Assembly: GCF_006345805.1 (NCBI RefSeq)
Contig: NC_043009.1
Location: 33,108,001 to 33,172,000 of the forward strand
Origin: Octopus sinensis
Lineage: Eukaryota
Direction: 5' to 3'
DNA: 64,000 nt
Part shown: piece after piece, positions 54,241 through 64,000 of the stretch
Position numbering within the stretch: position 1 is the stretch's first letter
Layout: each line of letters starts with the position of its first letter
Position numbers and translations under genes: made by a program
The notes under the pieces: model-generated
Told to the model about the DNA's origin: nothing
What the model saw: the letters and a program-made list of their open reading frames with translations, nothing else
The model's database searches: none

Positions 54241-54675
54241 ACGATGAAAAGAATGTAAGACGTGTGTATGTCTTCATTTAGACATTTCTATAGACGTGGA
54301 GTGGGGTGGAGTGGAAACAAGTGCTACAGAGAAACAAAGAAACACAGGCACAAACATACATATATATATGTGTGTGTGTATGTATACACAGATATGTGTG
54401 TATACACACATATGTGTGCATACATGTATACATATACGCACATGCATACGTATATACATGCATATATATATATATATATGCATGTATATACGTATGCATG
54501 TGTGTATATGTATATGCATATATATACAAATAAACAGAGAGATACGCACGGTTTGATGTAAACTATATACACACGTAGACACACATACAAACAGAATTTT
54601 CAAACGAAATTTTTAAAAGACACTTCTATTATATATATATATAAATATATGTATGTATGTTTGTATACATATATT

Positions 54676-54735
<60 letters not shown>

Positions 54736-54826
54736 GTATAAGTATATATATATGTATATACATATATATATTATACATACATACATATATATATACCTCA
54801 TTCAGAATACATCAGTGTCTTTGTTT

Positions 54827-54902
<76 letters not shown>

Positions 54903-55129
54903 GAGGAGGAGGAGTTGTCAATGTCGAGCTGTTACATAGAGAGATGAGCATTGTTTCTTGTGTCCAACCCTGCTTGGAGGAGAAAAGAGCTTTACGTTTT
55001 GAAACAATTTTTGAACTCCAGACAAATTTCATACATATTGTATAGCCATGGTGTCCAATAAGATGGCGATAAGAAGAATATATAGAATCTTTCATCTTAA
55101 AAAAATAAATTAAAAATTGGTAATAAAAT

Positions 55130-55951
55130 CCTTATTCTTTTCACAATTTTATTGAAATAAATGATACATATTCTTTATTACATGGGACAATGATAGTAAA
55201 TCTTCATATGTCAACGTAAGTACCGGTGGCATCAACCAGTTTCCTGAAACGGCAATTGATCGAATGAACAACCTTCTGAACGATGTCATCTGGAATATCA
55301 TTGAGAACCTCCTGAATCCGTGACGCCAAGTCCTCAAGTGTGCGAAGTTTTTTCTTGTACACCTCCTCTTTTGTGTAGCCCCACAGGTAAAAATCACCTG
55401 GAGTGAGATCTGGACTTCTTGGAAGCTAACATTAGCTCTCCATATTCCATTCTGCGGCCACAGTCTTCAGCTTTTAGCTCCTGCACGTAATGGGGTTTCC
55501 ACGGACGAAAATTCTCTTCTTTATCCAACACCATATGTTTTGTGTGTCTTGTTAGTCCACTTTCACGAGCTGCTTGACGTGTTGATTTTTTCGGGCTGCG
55601 ATTAAATACTTCCTGCACTGTTACCACGTTCTCCGCTGATCGGGATGGGGTTGGGCTGCCAATTCTTCTTCCATCGTTCACAGAGCCCGCTGTCATCAGC
55701 TTTGCATGACAACTTTTTATTGTCTCCGGACGTAGTTTTGCATGTTTATACCTTTCCATGCACGCCACCATCTCTGAACCAAAAAAATGGAATTCCACAC
55801 GTCATAGCGTTCTGCCATCTTAGCTCGACAATAAGAATATAAGAAATCCGCATTTGTGTTGCCTGTTTAAAAAATGTTTTCGTCATGACTTCAGTGATAC
55901 TGAAAATTCTATCAGCAATTTCTGATGCCTTGTTACTTTCCACTCACCCTG
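55130..55951 (-). mobile_element. Internally deleted Tc1/mariner (maT/DD37D-like), related to the 17.5-kb copy
   Basis: ORF 55394-55798 (IKSCHAKLMTAGSV, SPKKSTRQAARE, KPHYVQEL) is followed by PRSPDLTPGDFYLWGYTKEEVY. The right terminus is CACCCTG-TA; the left terminus is not identifiable. Confidence 0.88.
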
Positions 55952-56703
55952 TACGAAAAAATATGATTGTTGTACGATGTTTCTCAAAAGCCGACATTTG
56001 CTCAATGCCACAGAGAAATAACGCAAAACAATATTTTAACAACGCTTTGTTAGCGTGATGAGCGAAAAAGACTCAGTGGACGTACAGAGGCTAAATGAAG
56101 GAAACATGAGAACATTATGTCACTAGAGACTGTGCATTCTAAAATGGGCATCGAGAGATGCAGTCTAGCTTGATAAAAAAGAGGTACTTTCTATGTGCCA
56201 GCAAAGGAGGAATTACAAGAACTGTAGGTGATGTTTGGAACGGACGATTTATTTTCCAGCGACTGAAGTAGGTCGCATGAAAATATTGCCTGGTCTTTAA
56301 GACTAAGAATTAATTATTGATTTGTGCCGCACACACATGGGCAATAAATGAGGAGGCGAAAAAGTCACTGTGAAAGACATGTGTCGTAGCGTTGGCCTTC
56401 GGTTCGTCCACACCTTTGCAGTACATTACGGAAAGGTGGTGAAGCACGGCGAGGTTAATTTGGCATCCATCGACCCCGTGAGGAGGTGGGGATGATGAAA
56501 TGAGGTTCCAGTCAAATACTGAGTCCATATGATCGACTGACCTTTTCCCGTCGAGATTGTTGACCTTCAATCAAAATTAGCAGCATTCCTTATCATATAT
56601 CACCTCTAAGCATTCAACACCGGATTCCTGTTGTATTAACACATTCACAAGGAGATATAGATCTAACTGTATATAGAAAGATAGATAGATAGATAGATAA
56701 ATT

Positions 56704-56777
<74 letters not shown>

Positions 56778-56785
56778 GAAAGAGA

Positions 56786-56820
<35 letters not shown>

Positions 56821-56904
56821 GTGTTTGGGGAGAGTCATTCTGTTTTAATGCCTTATTAATTAACACACTCACTGGTTCGATTTCCATTCATTTGTCTATT
56901 TTTT

Positions 56905-56941
56905 CTAAAATTTTCATTGCTTCTTGCAATCTCTTCAATAG
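56905..56941 (-). ncRNA. Hammerhead-like motif, U3.G8 core, in an insert between (TA)n tracts
   Basis: Minus strand reads CUA UUGAAGA G AUUGC AAGAA GCAAU GAA AAUU U UAG. Stem I is only 3 bp because the insert ends just upstream. Confidence 0.5.
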
Positions 56942-57136
56942 TCGTCGAATATATATATATATATATATATAATATATATATATATATATTATATATATAT
57001 ATATATAATTAAATGTGTGTGTGCGCGCGCGTTCGTGTGTGTGTGGGAACGATCATATGTCCAAGAAGTGTTTGCTTCAATCTCTTCAGAATCAGATTCA
57101 ATTTGATTTTTCCTCTGAACTCTTTTATCCAATCGT

Positions 57137-57184
<48 letters not shown>

Positions 57185-57838
57185 CCTCTCTTTTTAATAT
57201 CTTTCGTTCTCTCTTACCACTTCTCTTCGTCTCTCTCTTCCCCCCTTTCTCCTTATTCCCCTCCCCCCTCTCTGATTTCTCCACATTGCAAAGTTGTGTC
57301 CACTTGTGGTTAGTAACAGGAAATAAAGAGATTCTGTACAAAGTGATTAAACTTGCAACCGTTTAAATATAATTGAGAAATAAATATTAAATATATTGAT
57401 CTTAGATCGATACATCACCTTTTGTGATTGTGTAGCACGTCAGCCTCTTGATAGGACACATAATTCGTTTTTGGCGAGAAGGCAAAGTCGTATAATTTTT
57501 ACTGAACAACAGGATTGTAATTATATTCGAATTAATGATAGATTAAGAAGATTAAGATCTCTTTTAATTCTTGATCTCTTTCATAGGAACCGCCAATTAA
57601 ACATACCACACCTACACCACCCTTTCTTCCGTCAGATAACTAATTTACGCTCTTATTCTATTTTACCGAATAATGGTAAAGTCTTCAGAAATAAAACATT
57701 CGGACATTTATAAAATAAAATGTGTCGCCTTGAAAACGTGTCGTAAACATAAGAAAAGGCCTCGGTTCGAAGGCCATTGGTGTTACTATTTGATGTTTCG
57801 AAGAGGAAGAAACAACTGATAAGTTTTTCTGCACCTTA

Positions 57839-59040
57839 TACTCTTTACTCTTTTACTTGTTTCAGTCATTTGACTGCGGCCATGCTGGAGCACCGCCTTT
57901 AATCGAGCAACTCGACCCCGGGACTTATTCTTTTGTAAGCCCAGTACTTATTTTATCGGTCTCTTTTGCCGAACCGCTAAGTGAGGGGACGTAAACACAC
58001 CAGCATCGGTTGTCAAGCAATGCTAGGGGGACAAACACAGACACACAAACACACACTTAAAATATTTCTAATTACAGCTAGGGGGACAAACACACACACG
58101 CATATATATATATATACATATATACGACGGGCTTCTTTCAGTTTCCGTCTACTAAATCCACTCACAAGGCATTGGTCGGCCCGGGGCTATAGCAGAAGAC
58201 ACGCAGTGGGACTGAACCCGGAACCATGTGGTTGGTAAACAAGCTACTTACCACACAGCCACTCCTGCGCCTATAGATAACGTTTCATTTATTTATTTTT
58301 ACTTGTTTCAGTCATTTCACTGCGGCCATGCTGGAGCACCGACTTTAGTCGAACAAATCGACCCCAGGACTTGTTCTTTGTGAGCCTAGTACTTATTCTA
58401 GTTGTTTCTTTTGCCGAACCGCTAAGTTACGGGGGCATAAACACAACAGTGTCGTTTGTCAAACGATTGGGGGGGGCAGACAAACAGACAAACAAATACA
58501 TACATATATATACATACACACATACATATATATATATATATACGACGGGCTTCTTTCAGTTTCCATCTACCAAATCCACTCACAAAGCTTTGATCGGCCC
58601 GAGACTACAGTAGAAGACACTTATCGAAGGTGCCACGCAGTGGGACTGAACCTGGAACCGTGTTGTTGGAAAGCAAGCTTCTTACCACAAAGCCACTCCT
58701 GCGCTTATTTATGTATTTATTTTTTACTTGTGCTTGTTTTAATCATTGGACTGCAGCCATTCTGGGGCACTGCCTTGAAGAATCCTTAGTAGAATGAATC
58801 GACTCCCATACTTTCTTTTTATAAGTCTGACACTTATTCTATCGGTCTCTTACAGAACGCAGACGTACGTTACGCGGATGTAAACATATCAGCACCGGTT
58901 GTCAAGCAGAGTTGAGGGACAATCACAAGCATACAAACCGGTACACGCGCACACACACATATGTACGACAGGCTTCTTTCAGTTTCCGTCTATCAAAGTT
59001 TTTGTCGGCCCTAAACTATAGTACAAGACACTTACCCAAG
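57839..59040 (-). mobile_element. Three consecutive family B SINEs (57839-58272, 58293-58705, 58720-59040)
   Basis: Three co-oriented repeats of the TTTTACTTG...CATT...CTGC(G/A)GCCAT tail unit. The first two end in the GCCACTCCTGCGC head; the third is more diverged and lacks the head. Confidence 0.9.
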
Positions 59041-59598
59041 AAATCACACAATCACGCCTTTGTCCTTTTCTTTTTCAAAGTTTTAAACGAAAACGGATGC
59101 CAACATAGTCTCAAAGAAGGTCTCTCAGTCATCGAATCTTAACAACTCAATCTAATTGAAAACTTTTCGATCGACCACTTTAAATGATTTCCGAACCAGA
59201 ATTATTTAAAAAAGTGACTATCAAAGCAGTTTGCTTTAAGTTAGACAAGCAGACATTGATGCAGCGCCAAGAGGTTCGCTTCACAATAAACCTGTTTTCT
59301 AGTTTGTCCCCCGCTACACGGCATCATGGGTTGTTTTAGCCTACGATTCACCCTTAACATGTAAGTAGAATTTGATGCATGGAGTGAGTGCATAAACATG
59401 TAGCATAAATATACATTTATGTCACACACGCACACACACACATACATAGATGGATGGAGAGAGAGAAAGAAAGATTGAGAGAGAGAGAGAGAAAGAAAGA
59501 GTGAGAGAGAGATTCCTTGAATCGAATGATATGATGCATGAATAAAATAGCATTGCTATGTCATCACATTGCAATCCTTACGGCAAAGATTGCAATGA

Positions 59599-59667
<69 letters not shown>

Positions 59668-60479
59668 CAGCAGCAGGGAGAAGAAGATGAAGAAGAAAAA
59701 ACGACTTGTTGTTGTTATGATTCTAACTTTTCAAACCAGTTGACCCCTGACAAATAAAATATGGAAAATAAAACTCTCCACCAAACTTCTTGTATTCGCA
59801 ATGACTGTTGTGTATTTTAAAGTTTCATTGCAACAGTTGTTATCGAATCGTTATCTTCAAGCTGGTAGCTTGAACGAACGTTTAAATAAAATCCCCAGTT
59901 TGATATCTCAATCATTAAACATTGCCTCAGGTTTTACTGAACTTCTGTAGAAAGTCATCTTGTATCGTAGCTTCTCTCATGTGTTTCACTATATTTTATC
60001 AATTTTCGAAGAAGACGAAGAAAAGCCGCCTGCTAACACATACACACGAATAAAAATATAAACTAGGATACTGTGTAATAGCGTTTTCAATTTCACTTAC
60101 AATATTAACTATAGGTATTAATAGTGAATAAAGCTTAGGGCTTTGGATCAAAATTACAGCGTTCCCTCTCTAGCGATCACTCCTGTGATATCATATATCT
60201 CATTAGTTAATGTTTTGTGACTAAGCTTTAGAAGAGAACATCTATTTACTGCCTCGGGTCATATCGTTATGGCGAACACCGGCGGAGACGGTTATGTAGA
60301 ATATATAAGATTCATAATTACAGGTTAGAAATTGTGTTTATGATAGAGTTAGAAAGCTTTCTTGGTAATAATATATGGAGATGTTGATAAAAGTCTGAAA
60401 TTTTACGTTTGTCTTACGATTTGTTTCGGTGGATTTTCTCCAGAAATACGTATGGGTGTGTGTATGTGCGGTTGCATAA

Positions 60480-60960
60480 GTGAGGTCTTTTGAGAGCACT
60501 ACTGTTAACATGTAACCCTGTACTATCAGTTGCATGGTTAGGTCGTCGGCGATTAAATTGTCAAATTCACCAGTCTTGCAGGGGGGGAGGAGATTTTGGA
60601 CACCTTGCAGATGAATAACAAGGTCTGTCAAGGGAGGCAATCGCTACCCAATATCGTGTCCATATGCATATTAGATATGCATCTGCACGTTTCATTACCT
60701 GTTTATATCTTATTCAAACGAAACCTGGAAGAAATAAGTAATCTTCATTTCCATGGCTTTGACGTTGGTGGCAGCAGGCCAACTGGTATAGGTGGCAATA
60801 AACCATAATGCTGAGCTAGAAGCCATGCTGCAGGGCAACCATCTGCAATGAGGATTGTTTGCCTGGACACCCACCACCAGAGATTATACTGCGAGATGTG
60901 GAGAGCCTTCACTAACTTTGGCAATATTCTACATTTTTACAGAAGCTCAGGCATGCTGCC
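60480..60960 (+). mobile_element. Possible degraded RTE LINE 5' region / AP endonuclease start
   Basis: EEISNLHF..SRPTGIGG weakly resembles an RTE endonuclease N-terminus. Heavily mutated. Confidence 0.3.
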
Positions 60961-62464
60961 ATTATCTTTCCACTGGTTATATTGTGTGAGAATGAGAGAG
61001 AGAGAGAGTCTGATATAAAAGCAGGCCTTTCTTAATCTAAAAAGGACTCATAGTTGACAAACCACGCGCTAAGATTGTTATTGGAGTATTTACTCACCCG
61101 TGACAATAAAATACCACTACTTCGTGTACGGACGAAACAGTGTAGACAAAGGTAGCTGCAGTATCCTCTCCCACCAGGGGACAGTGTCTTTTGTTGAAGT
61201 GCTGCCTACTCAACCATGGTCTTCATTGATTACTGATTGGCTGAAACTTCTTATAACCACAAACAGAGGAAATCATACATGTGCAACATTGTGATACCGC
61301 TTTTCCGTTACTTCAGGCGCCCGGAAGGTGTAGTAGAGGGAGGACCAGTTGTGATCCTCTGTCCTCCTGCATGAATGCGTCCCCTGTTGAGGTGTTGAAT
61401 GACTGAAATCGTTGTTAATTCACACCAATCGAGCTTTGAAGCACAAAAAGAGCCCCTTGCGTCATGTAACCCAAAGTGAACTGTTTAGAAAAATGGTGAA
61501 ATAGCTGTGGCCTGTATGACTTTGAAGGGGACATGTTTGAAGCCAATTCGCCATTGTAGTCGGCGGCAGCAGCGGTGGTGCCATTATTAATGTTGGTATC
61601 GTTGTTATCATAACCATCATTGTCCTCATCTTCGTCCCCGACATCGTCTTCAATATTACGAACAAATTTCCTCTCGTCAGCTGTAGCACCACCAATATTA
61701 ACATTATCCTCTTCATCATCCTCACCGTCGACGTCGTCGTCGTTGTCGTCTTCAACAACAACAACGGCAGCAATAATTCACCATCTCCGCCGCCAATACC
61801 ATTATGTTTACCATTGTAGTTTTAAGACATTTCAAATTTAATGTTTTTTTAAAAGATATTTTAAACCTATCAAAGCGAGAAACTAGATTGAAATAAATCT
61901 CTTTCAAAATATATTTTTCCACTTTCTGATTAATTACTTTAAATTTGTCTGATATCATTAGGAACACCTAACACAAATGGACACAGTTTGTATCGACACC
62001 GGAGAAAGACGAGACGAATCTTATCTTCGTTGTTCAACTGATGTCTTTCAAATAGTAAAACTTTATTCGCTTCGGCGACAAATGTGTTTACAAATTTATG
62101 AATGAGGAATTATTTTAATAACCATATATCATCACTGACCTTTATGGGAAATAAGATTTTTCGAGCCGGAGGTTTCTACTATATTTGGCCATAAAATGTT
62201 TGCCTGTCAGGCAAAGATGTCTGCGAATATTCTCGCTGAATCTGATTATTACTGAGAGTAACACAATTGAGACGGAGAAAGAAAAAATAAAACGTGTATA
62301 AAATTGTGTTAGTTTATCCATACAGGCCTGAACAAAAGCAACAACAACAACTACAACAAGAATTACCATTCCAACTACAATATTACCTCAAATATTAGCA
62401 TCATTTCTAGACAATAACAACACTATAAATAATGATGGTAGTAGTAGTAGTAGTAGTAGTAGTA

Positions 62465-62518
<54 letters not shown>

Positions 62519-62984
62519 TAGTAGTAGTATAATCAATAATAATAATAACCAAAATCGATAATAAAAATGCAAATATAAATATTAATGTTGGTTGCTTGTG
62601 TCTCAATAGAAGGATGGAAGAGTGTCGTTGTTCTAGAATTGCCAAATAAAGTTCTCTCGAATTACAGTCTACCATTTTGGTTTTTGTTCACATCATACTC
62701 GACCTGCGCTAACTAGGGACTCATATCAAGATGCTGTGGACGAGTGGGCGTACAGAGTAACTAACGACGAACTAAGGCACTCCTAGATCGAATCCTGTCA
62801 CCAGAACTGCCCATATCTCCTTGAGCAACACGTTTAACTATCAACAGCTCGGGCTGTCTAGCTGCAAAGTGTCATATTTTTCACTTTATTGTCCAAAACA
62901 AAGGCAATTCTCAACAACAAAATATATCCACCATTGTGTGTGTGCGTGTGTATGTGTGTGTGTGTGCGTGTGTGCGTGTGTGTA

Positions 62985-63023
<39 letters not shown>

Positions 63024-63234
63024 AAACTGGATAACTGGTTCTTATCATAGTAAAATAGAATTTCTGTTTGGTACCCCAGGAAGGTAGGAAAACGGTAGCA
63101 GAATGTTGAAGCTGTTCAATGATGTAGAACTGTCAACCGTGGTGGTCATAGTGGAATCAACATACATTAAAGGTGATGAGGATAAATATAAAGATGAGAG
63201 GAGAGCGTGAGGGGAGGCTGGGTACGATGACTTA

Positions 63235-63565
63235 TGAAGATGGTGACGATGACGACCACGATGACGACCACGATGACGACCATGGTGGTGGTGGTGGTGA
63301 TGGTGGTGGTGGTGGTGGTGGTGGCGGCGGTGGCGGTGGTGGTGGTGGCGGCGGCCGGGGGTGATGGCGGCGGCGGCGGTGGTTGTGATAGCGGCGGCGG
63401 CGGTGGTGGTGGTGGTGGTAGCGGTGATGGTGATGGTGATGATGGTTGTGCGTGTGTGGTAATATTTGTTGGTAATGTTGGTGGTAGTCTTAGTAATGGT
63501 AGTTGTAGTAGTAGTAGTAGTAGTAGTTATTGTGGTTGTGGTGCTGGTGCTGGTGGTAACGATGG
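63235..63565. repeat. (GGT/GGC/TAG)n low-complexity block
   Basis: Direct inspection. Confidence 0.9.
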
Positions 63566-64000
63566 TGTCTTTTTGTTTTTTTGTCTTGAGTTTTTTTTTT
63601 TTTTTTTTGTTACTTTGTTCTTTTTCTGTTGTATTTTCTTTCAATAAAGTAACATCAATTTTAGAATTGCCGAAAAGGAAAATCACCCCTAACCAATTTC
63701 ACTGATATTTCTTCCTAAATTGAATTCTGCTGTTATTTTGATGACAAAACACATTAGAAAATGGTCGAGTAAACATAGAAGTTGGAAAGTAAATGAAGGA
63801 TTTTCAGGTTCCAGGCATTCTGTGTCTTTAATATTGCTTCTAGCTACATTACTGTGCAAAACAATAGAGATAGATATTGTTATGGATTAAGTTTTAACAT
63901 GAAAGAAGCCAATAATTTCACACCAAAAAAAAAAAAAAAATAAGAAACGGTTTCCAAAGAATCAACAAAATACGACAGCAAAATAAGAAACTTATAAACT

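Noticed and set aside
57839-59040. Regularly spaced repeats suggestive of an array or CRISPR
   Set aside because: The units are ~400-bp SINEs in a eukaryotic context, with no short repeat-spacer structure or cas genes.
63045-63686. 213-aa Thr/His-rich ORF
   Set aside because: Low-complexity triplet repeats with no recognisable domain.

Overview
AT-rich, microsatellite-saturated eukaryotic DNA with no supportable host protein-coding exon, true tRNA/rRNA gene or CRISPR array. The SINE families and repeat content suggest a coleoid cephalopod, probably Octopus; this is recognition from memory, not a database hit. Almost every ORF in the supplied track is a translation of simple repeats. The real content is transposon-derived: a 5'-truncated Neptune-type Penelope-like element (PLE; RT plus GIY-YIG) with an inverted pseudo-LTR, degraded Naiad-type PLE fragments, four Tc1/mariner relics, a Tx1/L1 3' end, a Helitron helicase relic, RTE remnants and more than 20 tRNA-derived SINE copies or fragments. 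There is one 100-N assembly gap. The most interesting layer is RNA structure. About ten hammerhead-ribozyme (HHR) or HHR-like motifs, apparently from different PLE pseudo-LTR families, sit mostly in or next to (TA)n tracts, several as fold-back hairpins. They include canonical C3-G8 cores and apparent compensatory variants (G3-C8, U3-A8, possibly U3.G8). Motifs were folded by eye and none has been tested for activity.
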